A stretch of DNA of 59,908 bases, filler included, from Nemertoderma westbladi (taxonomy: Eukaryota; Animalia; Xenacoelomorpha): assembly GCA_032718475.1 (NCBI GenBank). It is 3 parts of 3 records of this genome, joined end to end, with 100 filler letters (N's around TTAATTAATTAA, not from the genome) between each part and the next. Parts side by side here need not be neighbours in the genome. Positions count along the whole stretch, not along the records: positions 26,357 to 53,051 come from JAUCBJ010002242.1; 2 more parts are not named here. One strand, written 5' to 3'. The first letter of the stretch is position 1; each line of letters starts with the position of its first letter. The notes below the pieces were generated by a model, which had not been told where the DNA came from, ran no database searches, and worked only from the letters and a program-made list of their open reading frames with translations. Both the position numbers and the translations under genes were made by a program. Positions 39,906 to 52,010 of this stretch are shown here, piece by piece.

Positions 39906-40561
39906 GACCAGTGTTTTACATAAACTGTCCATACGCACGTGAATATATATATATAATATGCATCTAAATATAATGTAATACATACATGCATGTACGTACA
40001 TGTACTGAATATATTATTGAGCTAACAATTTGTGACCATGAATACGGGAAACTCGACTTATGAAATAATCAAAAGATCTTCTTTTACATATTTGCTTGAA
40101 ATTTGCTATTAAGAAATAATATAATATCAGATTCAATCAGAAGCAATAGTGGTGTCAGTCGCGGTGAAATTCAAGCAAAAAAGCAAACAGTCGGCCGAAG
40201 CCGGAGGCGACCCGAAGGCTCCTCTTTCGTTAACGACGATTTTATGTTACGTTAATGACCAGTGACGTTTGATCCACTTAACGTACAGTGTATCCCATTA
40301 CTGAGTCATTGTAAGCGCCTACTTAATCTACTACAATTGGCGCCATACTACTCTGCATATCAGTATGAAAATAACGCCAGTTACTATTAGCACTTTCATT
40401 TTAGATTTAAATAATTTCAAGAAAACGATGAAGCACTTAGCACTAATCATAACCTGATTATTTTGTTGAATTCATTGAATTTTATTCCACAAAATTGTAA
40501 TTTTAACTGATTTATATGTAACCGACGTTTCAGGAATGACCTTTATCTTTACTAATTACAT

Positions 40562-41730
40562 GGCATTTCCGACCTGGACAATTGCAAACCGGACAATTGC
40601 GACCCATTATTTTAGAAAAATTTGCTGGGTCGCAATTGGTCCGGCCGGATACTGTATATTTATATAATTATACTCAATTTGATTACTGTTACTATATTTT
40701 AACATATGTAGGGAGAGGTTGGCCACACGTTATTCTCCATGTTATATTCTGGATTGATTTTATATTAATTGTACTAATTAATTATGCTGTTATTATTGTA
40801 GATATAGTTAATTTTCTGTAGCTATATTTTAACACAGGGAGCCTTTGACCCCAAATTATTAGCAATTTTATATTCTGGAATGCTTCAATTCAAATTTATT
40901 GTATTAACAGTTTCTCTAAACATTATCATCGCCTACTGTGCGTATATTGTTAACATTGTTCATGCATTATTTATTGTTATTGTTAAAATTATTTATTGCA
41001 TGGGAGAAAAAGTCAGCGTCAGCGAGGTTAATAACGGGTCGAGAGAATATTGAAAAAATAATGTTCGACGTTTTTTTTATCATATAATACGTAATTTTAT
41101 TCTTAAATTGGTACTTTTTGTTGCTCAATTCTAAAATATAGAACGATATAGTGTAACAAAATAACTTGAACTATATTATTTACTATATTGCTGGATATTC
41201 AGTTCCGTTTTGGAGTACGCCGCGCAGACACTAAATTTGCCATAACTTTTGAGTGCGGGCATGGATTTTGCTCGAATTACGTGCAAACTTTTTCTACGTC
41301 AATGCTCTTTGAACACATTTAACAAAATTTAAGAAATTCCACCAAAAATATTTTATTTTACTTTTTTCGCGCCGGGAAAAAAGTAAAATCAATGCAATCA
41401 TGGGTTACTTTTTTTCCCTAGGGAAAAAGTTGAACTTTTTCTCCCGATTTTGGTCTAGATTCGAGTGAAAAAGTAACAATAAGAATTAATCACATTTTAA
41501 TTCATAACTAATATATATAATAATATAATAAAATATATAATAACTAAATAATTAATTACAATTTAAGAATAAAAATTTTGATATAAATTATGTTGTATAA
41601 CTAATTATTTATGATTATAGTGATCTATTATTATTTACATTACATCGGTTTTTTATCTGGATCCGGACAATTGCGACCCATGATTTTAGAAAAATTATCC
41701 AGGTCGCAATTATCCAGGTCGCAATTCTCC
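40562..41730. mobile_element. MULE/foldback-like MITE with repeated 15-bp subterminal motifs
   Basis: GGACAATTGCGACC motifs and hairpins at 40562-40650 are mirrored at 41655-41730. Confidence 0.6.
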
Positions 41731-44234
41731 TAACTTCCAGGGATGGAAGTGAAACAAAGGCAACTTATTCTCCTTAAAATTCACCAGTGATTCAAATACA
41801 TTGGATGGATAATACAACAGAAGACTTACCTAAAAAAAGGGTGGACACCGTAATTGGTTGTATTTCTGGTATTCAGGCATACTCGTATTATCAGACATAC
41901 CACATATCCACTAACGTTTACCGCTATTTGTGTGTGCTATTTGTTAACTCATATGGATTTATTCATGATGATTAAATTAATATACGCCTTATTGCTGCAT
42001 GCACTAATCACTAAACATACTTAAATTTTTTCAATATAGTCAATTAATAAAAATTTATTCTACTGATGCATTAATTGGATTCAAAAAGTGCAGGTGAATC
42101 AACAATACTGCATTTATTTCATAAAAGATTTCCGCAATTACGTTATCGCTAAAATAGAATAACCATTAAATGTAAGCAGCAAAGGAAGGAAGGACAAGGT
42201 TTACATTAGCTCAATGTTTAATAAACTAATATATATTTATGGCAGTTAAAGGACATTTTGTTGCTCAGGTTTTCTCCACTCGATAAGCAAATATGTAACA
42301 TTTATGGTTCTCGATTTCCTCTTTCTATTGAGACATACATTAATTGACCATTGACAGGAAGATCATAATAAGTTGACTGCAGTCCAATTTACAAGCCAGC
42401 CAACTTCCAAAAGTATTGTAAGATTTCGGACTTTTTATTTAGGGCGTTTACACCCACGGGAGCTCTTTCCTGTTATCCACATACACTCTCTGTGTGCACT
42501 GAGAATGCTAATGATACATCAGTGACGGAATTAGATAACCATTGAAACGTAACAGCGGATAAGATAACGTTCTTTGATTAACTGTGATCTTTGTAGGCAA
42601 ATTCAAAGCGATTTCACCTAAGTGTGATACAACCAATGCGTACTGTATTGTATAGATACCCTCCAACACACTATACGAACATGCACTTATATCGTCCAAC
42701 TCTATGATGCATCCCTGGTCGGCCCCGCACGTAAAATGACCACAGTTCACGGTCAGCCATATAACTCTCCCAAAGTTTTGTAGATAAACAAGACTATATT
42801 GTGTCTTTTAGCAGACTATTCAGGAATGCGAATGACATATATTGATATAATATTCCTTGTATTCAATTCATAACAATTCCTGATCAAAATGTCATATTTC
42901 ATCCAATCCGTGAAATAGTATTTAATTTAATTTTATTGGCTGTACAATTGTCCATATTTGGATGAGCTCCAGGCTGAGCTAAAACAAAATCAATATAATA
43001 TAAAAAAGTAAATATCAGTTTGTGAATGATTGCCTTTGCACAAATGTTATTGGCTGCTCAAAAGCAGTAGGTTGTCATTGTACAATGACATGTGAAACAG
43101 CAGATCCCGGATAGCAATGACCGCATGCTGGAAGTTGCTTATTATTCCTACTCCTTACTTATTGTTTATCTTGTAACTATGTCAATGTCTTTAAAACTAT
43201 TTAAAGCGATTTATCTTAATAGCGATTTAAACTGATTTATCTTTAAAACTGTAATATCTATTATGCAGCTTTCCCCTAGGTCTAATTATTCTGTGACATT
43301 GATGTGTTGAGAAAAGGAAAAGGGCTCTTCAATTGACCCGCATGTGAGAAGATATTTGGACACGTGAGAAAACATTTGAACATGTGAGAATACATTAGAA
43401 GCCATTTAATGTTATCCAATAAAGCACGGTTATCTGCATACCTCTCTGTGGAGGAAATCTCTCGACATCCACCAGTATAGGAATGCATACTAATTTATTA
43501 ATTAGCATACTAATTAATTTAATAGTGGGCAATATATGACTGCTACATTGCAGTGGGTTTATATTATTCCGTATTATTTAACTAATCCATTTATAGTAAA
43601 TGAAAATTTTATATTTATTTTGAATGATGTCGATATTTATAGGTCGCCCAAACACCTTAAATATATTACTATCTTTCAAATCCGCATATTTGCGCACTTT
43701 TCTGGTTCAAGAACAAGAAATATTTATTTAAACATCTATTTAATTTACCATTGGTAAATAATTTATAATTTATTTGACCTGTTTATTTGACCCATACGCC
43801 GAGCTGTTAATTAATTAGTTTAAAATTTTCACAATAGAATAAATGGCCAAAATGACCACAACCTTTTACCAAAATGATAAATATAACAAAGAAACAACAT
43901 TGAATGTTTTGTCCACAATAAATATATAAATGTAAATTAATTATTTGTCCATTAAAACAATATTACTATATATTATATTTATATAGATCAATAAAACGTC
44001 AACGTTGTAGCTGATATATACTGCATATCAAAGGAATTATTTTATTACCATGATATTTTATGGTAGGAGCAATGATTAAGCACAACTAGTGTCCTCTCTA
44101 CCTAATTCAAGGTGAGTGGAGGAGGGGGGATGGGGGGGGGGGGGGGGGGGGGGGGTGGCATGATAATAGGAATGGCATATAAAAACCTCAAAAAAAGTAT
44201 GTTTGGCAATTAAACAACAAGACCAATTACACTT

Positions 44235-44515
44235 CAAGAACGCAGAAGTAGTAGATATCCGGCAACTACAGTCACAGACACCGAATTTGCGGATGACATC
44301 TCCCTGATCTCTAATTCGCTAGCAGATGCACAGCTTCTACTAAATAAAGTGGAGAGTGCTGCTAAGTTGGTTGGATTGCATATAAATGCTACCAAGACCG
44401 AATTCATGACCTTTAACGTTGATGGAAACTTGACAACCATTGATAATAATCAACTAAGGAAGATCGACGACTTCCAGTACCTTGGATCATGGATAGAGAG
44501 TAGCAAAAAGGACAT

Positions 44516-44563
<48 letters not shown>
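44235..44563 (+). mobile_element. RTE RT-core fragment ending directly in (TAG)15
   Basis: Encodes RRSSRYPATTVTDTEFADDISL..GLHINATKTE..DDFQYLGSWI..KKDI, then the TAG run at ~44517-44563. Confidence 0.85.
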
Positions 44564-44564
<1 letters not shown>

Positions 44565-45395
44565 CAAAATTATTCATATACATATATATATTTAAACAAT
44601 ATATATTTAAATTTAAATATAATATTTATATATATATATATATTTATATATAATATATTAAATATTTATATATATATATATTTATTTACATATTACATAT
44701 GAATACTTAAAATTATGAATATTAAGCAATAATACTTAATAATACTATGCGAAATCCATTTATATATTTATTTATATTATAATGTACATCAATATTTCCT
44801 GCTACTAGTCAGTCAGTACCTGTCTGACGTCCATTCCCAACTGACAGCTACCTTTCTTACATTATACTTACCATATTATCTACCAATAATACATGGCACA
44901 GACTAACAAAATAATTTACACATAACTAAAGACTTACAATTACAAATATTCGAATAATATTCAACATTTTTGCCATTTCGAATTACAGTTTTCAGCAATA
45001 TCTTACATATTTAGCACAATCTCAGATCACCTACACCATCTAACGAGTTAACATTGTATGGCAATTATAAAGGGGAACTTGAAAAGTTTCCTGCAAATAT
45101 AAATTATTACATTTCATCATTATCACTAATTAGGAGTAAATAAGTAATTAAAAGTAGACAGTAATTAAAATTTATCTATCAAATTAAATTGATAGAAATA
45201 AGCAATAAAAAATATATTCTTTAACAGTGATTATTCCTATAAAAAAATACGATTGTAAAAATGAAAACCAGCCAGACCCCTAAATAACTGTAGTTATTAT
45301 TTTTAATTATTTACACATTGAAAAATTGAAAAAAAAAATACAAATTTTTGGGATTTAAAATTTAAGTACAATTTCTACCGGAAAGTGAAAACCTG

Positions 45396-46311
45396 GGGCG
45401 GGCTACAAGAAGCTCCGTTAGTACTAACGGCGCCGTTAACTACAATTGTGAGCGACACGAAACCTCCATTAAATTAATGGCGGCTTTAACTAAAGGAAGC
45501 CAGCGACTCGAAGCTCCGTTACACTAACGGAGGACTCTCCGTTAAGGTATTTTACACCATGCGCCAGTAGGCACCTTTAAGGTTCCGTTAATAAATGTTT
45601 TGTATTCTACTCTACATAACTAAAAGCATTCTGAATAACTATATTTTTAGCTTTCATAGTATAGAACTTGAATTCACGTTCTGTGTGACATTCAATCATC
45701 TCCGCATTATCCAAGTCCTATTTGAGTTCTAATTAAACATTGCGGCGCATTGCAGCTGATGTGGGTGGACTTAGATGTGCAATCACGGTTATAAACACAG
45801 TTCAACTTAGTTTTCCGTCATCAGTTAGACCTTTTCAGAAATCTTAGAGATACCTAATTTTACGAACGATTGCTCAATGACCAGGTGGAAGTCGTTGGTC
45901 ATTGATAGATAGAATAGCTTTATACCCAATACTCGGGCACTCCATATGCTCTATTACAATAGTTGTTTTGATGATGTTAAATTCCCGATCTTAACATTAA
46001 TTGTGTGCGCTATTGCCTAAGCATGAAACTGTAGCGGTAGCATTTGCTGCCTTTGGTGAACATTATTTTTTAGACGGCACTCCAACAATAACATTATCGA
46101 GTTGCCTAAGCAACCACAACAACATTCACGTGTACGCAATTTTATCAACATTTGGAAAGTATCACTTTTAGTACTAACGGAACCTTAACGGTGATCTCAC
46201 TAACGGAGGCCTAAATACTCGTTCGTGTCGCCTATTATGAGTTCTCCGTTAAGTGCACTTCCGTTAAACCTCCGTTAACTTTAAATTAACGGAGCTTCGT
46301 GTCGCCCGCCC
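45396..46311. mobile_element. Harbinger-like MITE with CTG TSD
   Basis: TIRs GGGCGGGC.AC..GAAGCTCCGTTA / TAACGGAGCTTCGTGTCGCCCGCCC. CTG is duplicated at 45393-45395 and 46312-46314. Many internal CCGTTA/TAACGG dyads. Confidence 0.85.
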
Positions 46312-46520
46312 CTGGTATTTTTCACCTGGTCGATGATAAGTAAGTTGTGAACAATAAATATGTTTTTCGAAAATTTTAATTGATTTTTTCGGTTTCAGTT
46401 TTATCAGTACAGTATCAGTATATTCAATAGTCCAGTCTTCAAACCTGTAACAAAACTTGTGCTAAACCTGTAGAGAAACAGTCAATTACTGAAAGTAAGG
46501 CAACCAATCCATTACTTGTA

Positions 46521-46689
46521 TTACTGAAGTCGTAGCATTTCGAGATTACCGTCAAGATTCAGCTCCAAGCAATCCGCTAGGTAAATGAGACGAATGTGTC
46601 GTTCCATAGTGTCCAATGAAGAGTTAGTTACATAATCAACAAATTCCGACGCCGGATTTGATTCAATACTTACGATATCTATTAGATAC
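46521..46689 (-). CDS. Predicted exon of a divergent FERM-like gene (F2 lobe end)
   Basis: Acceptor tttaacAG|G, phase 2. Open frame YLIDIVSIESNPASEFVDYVTNSSLDTMERHIRLIYLADCLELNLDG. It ends at TAA 46521 or splices at GACG|GTAATC (46550). Confidence 0.65.
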
Positions 46690-47386
46690 CTGTTAAATAA
46701 TGGAAACAGTATACGTTACTGGGTTTGTTAGATACGCGGGCAATCTGATTAAGTGACAAACATAGAAGAATAAAACTAATTTAGAGCCAAGTTATCATTA
46801 TTCCCACTCCCTTCATGGTTTTATAGATATAAATGTTAGTCAAGTATACGGTATCACTATTCTAGTAATACACCCCCCCCCCCCCCCCCCCCAGATACGC
46901 TGCCCGCTTTCATTTTAGCAAGTGCTTTACTCATAAAGCAACTTCCAAAATACTCTGTTTAAGTTTGGCCAATTCAAAATTTATTATTTCAAAACTTATT
47001 TGATTTCTGATACTTTTTTTTAACAAGTAATAGTTATGTCAACTAATTACGAAAAATGAACTATTTTTGGAAAAAATTTTTTAAATGAAACTTGAAGCAT
47101 CAAGACAACGCTGTGGACTTCTAAAAACCACATGTTTGGAATCAGCACGCCATGGAGAACATTAAAAAAATTTTCCAATGTAGTCCAATTTTTAAAAAAT
47201 TAACGTTTTTTTGGAAATTTTTCCTAAAAACTGACATTTTGAGTGAAAAATAGAAAAATGTTAATTTTTTACTTCAGAAAAAAATATTGGCAAATATTTT
47301 CGTAAAAAAAAATTGTTTTCTTAGGTTTCGAAATATGGGCTACAAGATAGGATGTTTCAAATCACTAAAACAAACTTCATAATAGG

Positions 47387-47414
47387 GTATTTTGGCCACC
47401 CTTGGCCCACTGTG
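47387..47414 (-). mobile_element. Transib-like terminal repeat (solo end)
   Basis: CACAGTG + 12-bp spacer + CCAAAATAC at the end of an AT-rich MITE-like segment (~46900-47414). Confidence 0.55.
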
Positions 47415-47757
47415 CATGGAGAATGACATGTTAGCATGATCCTAACTTATACTTCGTAATACTCTCACTTGTCCCACACCTTCAGAAGCGATTAAGTTTG
47501 TGCTAATTTTACACCAGCGAATGAGCTCAACCGTTAAATAATGTTTGCACTTCATATAAGTGATGCAGGATGAACGCCTCCATGATATATGCTATTTTGT
47601 TATTTGTTGGTATAATACAGTATGTATAAATTAGATTAGAGTACCGGTATAAATTATGTAGGATGTGTGGGGGAGGGAGCAGGGAGGACTGTTATCCTCC
47701 AATATATATGTATAACCCGCAGATTTCTTAATTAATAACTAATAATATACCTCCTAC

Positions 47758-47912
47758 CTGATTGATAGGTCTTTCACTCCACGAATGATTTGGCGAATAA
47801 AGAAGACAACATTGGTCCTTGTTGTGTTATAATTAGATGCGATTCTTCCAATATCAAGTCTTATCAACGGCGAATGAAATACCTTTTTGTAAGTTTTCAA
47901 ATCTCCTAGGAA
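47758..47912 (-). CDS. Predicted exon of the divergent FERM-like gene
   Basis: ttttttAG|TTC..ATCAG|GTAGGA, 155 nt, phase 0 to 2. Open frame FLGDLKTYKKVFHSPLIRLDIGRIASNYNTTRTNVVFFIRQIIRGVKDLSI. Confidence 0.65.
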
Positions 47913-48237
47913 CTAAAAAATTTGAATAATACGAAATATGTTTTAAATTGCTTATTAATTAAAGTTGGAAGAAATAAGTTATGGATTTGAATACAACGCA
48001 GTTATATGGTTACCAAAAGACCTAAAATTAACAAAAATAGAAGTCATATATAATAGGTATATAGCATATACAGCTGTTTAATCTTGAGTAAGGTTATAAC
48101 TGATAAGTGTTACTCCAACACTATTATTGGATAACAGTTTGATATCCTCAAAATGCATGTTGAGAGTTGTACATTAATTATATTATACCTATGGAAAAGA
48201 CTTGAAAGAATAATTAATATTATATATTTTTATTTAC

Positions 48238-48354
48238 CTTTGGTAAAAATTTATATACTGGAGCAGAATGCATATCTTCATAGGTCATGTTGACTTCTGG
48301 GCATGGAATAGAAGGTGTACTATGGAGGATGACAGACTCTTCAATACCATAAAC
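48238..48354 (-). CDS. Predicted exon of the divergent FERM-like gene
   Basis: cttgcAG|GTT..AAG|GTAAAT, 117 nt, phase 0 to 0. Encodes VYGIEESVILHSTPSIPCPEVNMTYEDMHSAPVYKFLPK. Confidence 0.7.
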
Positions 48355-49608
48355 CTGCAAGAAAGATTCATCAATATGCATTGAATTTGTTAAATCTCTG
48401 AAATAACGTATTTTGAACGATTGGTGATTTTATCACCAATTTATTGTTAGGATAAAAAGATTAGGAAGACTAGGTAGATACATATTCTTCTAAGAGTAGG
48501 CTACTTAAAAGTATGGAAGGACTACTGATAACGCCACCCAAGATATGTTTTAACATTGTATATTTTAACATGCATTGCATATGTGTTGTGTATATATGTA
48601 TATATACACGTCGGCTCATTGTGACAAACCGGTACCTACAATTATGTCAGGATTGATAATATCTGCGCTATGCAGTCGAAATATACTTGTATAAATTATA
48701 CAATTATGATTGAATTTATTTATATAAAGGGGCAGGTTCCCAACTACAGCGAGTTCAATTCAGTTTCTAAGAATAACATAATTTCAATAAGCCAAATAAT
48801 TCTCGTTAAGTCCCAGTTCCCAAATAAGTCTATTATTATTTAACAATTTGTCCCGTTTGACTAAATCATATCCTGACATTATGTTATACAATTATACATT
48901 TACATATGATATGTATAAGTATACATATACAGATATGTAGGATAATAGGTTTGTGGGCCGCATGTAATAGGGCAATATTTTGAAGCAAGTTGTAACGGAC
49001 GGACACGTTATACAAACGAAGATTCACCACGAATTGAAAAACTGCTTAACCTGGATTCCAAGAATGACGAATGTAATTTATTGTAAAGATGATTTACCTA
49101 ATAAGAGTGTTGGTATGCCGTGTTATTTGCGTATTTTATTGTGTCATTATGTGTGTACGTACATGTACCTGTATATACACATCCTGTACGTAGGTCTATC
49201 TATATGATGTGATGCATGATATCACATACGTTTGATGTACTTTTATCTGAAACCTTTCTGTGATAAATTACAAGCAACAATTACCAATTTTGGTATATAA
49301 AAGTACATGTTATTTTCACACTGCATAAAATAATTCAATGAGAAAATGATAATGCAGTTTATATTTGCTTTATCGATTCGCCAAAATACGAGCGCAAATC
49401 TATTGGGAATATTTATTTGGAACATATTAAAGACTGCATTTAATAAATCCATTCATTTCAATATGAACTTAAGATACCACCAGTAGGATAATAATTACCC
49501 ATTTTTTCATTTATATCACATTCCATATTTTAAGTCTATATATTAATTTTGAGTAATTCTATGGAGTTTAAAAAATTATTTGTCAGATACCGGTATTTAA
49601 GGACTTAC

Positions 49609-49760
49609 CATTTCGTTTCTCCATTTTCTGACATGTTTTAGCGAATGTTCTACTTCTATTCTGACCCTCTCTATCAGATGATCTGTGGTGGTGTTATTGT
49701 TGACCCGAAAAGTCATGGTAGTGATAGAATCATCAGTGAGAGCAATATTTATTATAACAG
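49609..49760 (-). CDS. Predicted exon of the divergent FERM-like gene (F1 ubiquitin-like lobe)
   Basis: tttgttgcAG|CT..ATG|GTAAGT, 152 nt, phase 1 to 0. Encodes VIINIALTDDSITTMTFRVNNNTTTDHLIERVRIEVEHSLKHVRKWRNEM. Confidence 0.72.
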
Positions 49761-50257
49761 CTGCAACAAATAAAAATTAAATATTGATAGACACAATATT
49801 TTGAAAAGAAAATATAAAAGTTAACGAATCAACCCCAATTTCTGACTCCCTGCAGTGGTCTGAGTTGTTAAATAAGTGACCAAATAATAATATATAGTTA
49901 GCTTGCCTACTAGCTTGCCTACTACGATTAACAGCTAACAAACAAGTATAACCAGAAATAATTTATTTTAACTCAAACTCGACCTGGTACTAGTAAGAAT
50001 ATAATTATGGGTATATTGTTCTTATACCAAGTATTGTAGCTTCAAGTAATCAAGTAAATAGTCAGTAAAAATAGTCAGTTCAAGTAAATATCAAGTAATT
50101 TCTCTACCAATTAAACCAAAAGTGAAATGTAATTTAAAAAATTCAATTTAAAAAGACCAGAATGTTACCAGTACACAATGCAACCAGAATGTTGTCTCGG
50201 TACGGTATGCATTAACAAATCAGTATGTTAGCAGCTCACATGTGTATGTGTTTTTCT

Positions 50258-50696
50258 GATAACAGCTGCACGGTACTCTGTATATCTTATAACAGCTGCA
50301 CGGCACTCTGTATATCTTAAAACAGCTGCATGGTACTCTGTATATCTTATAACAGCTGCTTGAAACAGCTGCACGGTACTCTGTATATCTTAAAACAGCT
50401 GCATGGTACTCTGTATATCTTATAACAGCTGCATGGTACTCTGTATATCTTATACCAGCTGCACGGTACTCTGTATATCTTATAACAGCTGCATGGTATT
50501 CTGTATATCTTATAACAGCTGCATGGTACTCTGTATATCTTATAACAGCTGGACGGTACTCTGTATATCTAATAACAGTTTGACTGTACTCTGTATATCT
50601 TATAACAGCTGCATGGTACTCTGTATATCTTATAACAGCTGCATGGTACTCTGTATATCTTATAAAAGCTGCACGGTACGCTGTATATCGAATAAC
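50258..50696. repeat. 30-bp minisatellite, ~14 copies
   Basis: Unit ATAACAGCTGCATGGTACTCTGTATATCTT; source of the VIRYTEYHAA ORF. Confidence 0.95.
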
Positions 50697-51124
50697 ATTA
50701 AAATGTGAGATATACAATTCCTTATTCACCAAAAATGAGATGTGGCACCCAAATTTTGGAATTTTTTAAAAGTGTCATAAATCGGGTTGATTGATGGATG
50801 GCGATAAATTGATTAATGCACATTTAGCGATTCAGTACCATAAAACATCACCACTTATTTCGTTTTATCTAATGTTTGTAATTCCAAAATATTTTATCCA
50901 CTTCCTTGTCTTCTTAAGTGGCATGTGGATCAATTTTAATGCGTTGACTTTTCAGCCATTTTAATGAGAATCGCAGAAAACCCTGAAAACAATGTTGAAG
51001 ACAATACGTAGAACATTTTACAGGAAAATCTAACATTTTAGTTTCGTGGTACACCATAGATAGTACACCCCAAACGTTTTATCTTTTTAATGTAAATCCG
51101 GTCCAGTCGATTCAGGAGTTTTGT

Positions 51125-51285
51125 TTCTTAGGAGATTTGTTTTAAAATTTTAGGAGAATTGTTTTAAAATCTTAGGAGATTGGTTTTAAAATCTTAGGAG
51201 ATTGGTTTTAAAATCTTAGGAGATTTGTTTTAAAATCTTAGGAGATTTGATTTAAAATCTTAGGAGATTTGTTTTAAAATCTTAA
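51125..51285. repeat. 22-bp minisatellite, ~7 copies
   Basis: Unit CTTAGGAGATTTGTTTTAAAAT. Confidence 0.93.
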
Positions 51286-51641
51286 AATTTAGTGTCCCGA
51301 CGAACAACCCAAATTTTGTATAAAATTTCATTGTAAAGTTACAAAATTATTATTTTTGGGCATAATCTCACCCAATAGATAACTATTAACAAATTACCTG
51401 TGAAAATAGCATTTATTAGATGTTTAGCCATTATCTTCTGATAATAAAACTTCGAATATAATATATTTATATATTAAATATGTAAATAATAAAATAAATA
51501 TATAAATATAATATAAGAAATAAAATATAAAAATATAAATTTTATATACATAAAAAATAACTGTTAAGAAAATAATAGTTAAATATTTACAACCAATACG
51601 GATATTTTGGAGGTTCAGTTTTATTTATTTATACTACTTAC

Positions 51642-51724
51642 CTTTGCTTAGTTAGGAATTTCATCACGTTTAGGAATTGATTTTCATCACATTTGGTTTC
51701 TCTCCATTCACTCCATTGTCGTAT
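51642..51724 (-). CDS. Possible upstream exon of the FERM-like locus
   Basis: gtttAG|ATA..AAAG|GTAAGT, open IRQWSEWRETKCDENQFLNVMKFLTKQ. Its phase does not join 49760 directly. Confidence 0.4.
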
Positions 51725-51928
51725 CTAAACTATGACTTTAATTTTTGTTTCGTAATATAGTACTTCTGTATGTGCCAGTTATAATATTTAAATAGTAAGC
51801 ACACTAGGCTACCAGTATGCTAAATTTTGGCAACCACAATAATTTAACAAGGCTATTTGGAGTTTGGAATGGTAAGACCCATTAAGGCCCACTACCAATA
51901 CCAAAGGACATACAGTTACTTAGTATTA

Positions 51929-52010
51929 AATGGGAGAATCTTTTTAGGCTCGTTAAGCCAAGGAATGCCTGTTCACAACCATGGGTGATCTTCCACAGTA
52001 AACCCTTCCA
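51929..52010 (-). mobile_element. Truncated copy of the SINE-like repeat at 1206
   Basis: Near-identical to 1206-1288. Confidence 0.7.

Noticed and set aside
43282-43488. FKC..TCPNIFSHAGQLK zinc-finger-like peptide
   Set aside because: Lacks the His pair and has no supporting exon structure.
51340-51400. GNLLIVIYW peptide resembling GPCR TM1
   Set aside because: A stop follows shortly and there is no TM2 motif; likely chance in AT-rich DNA.
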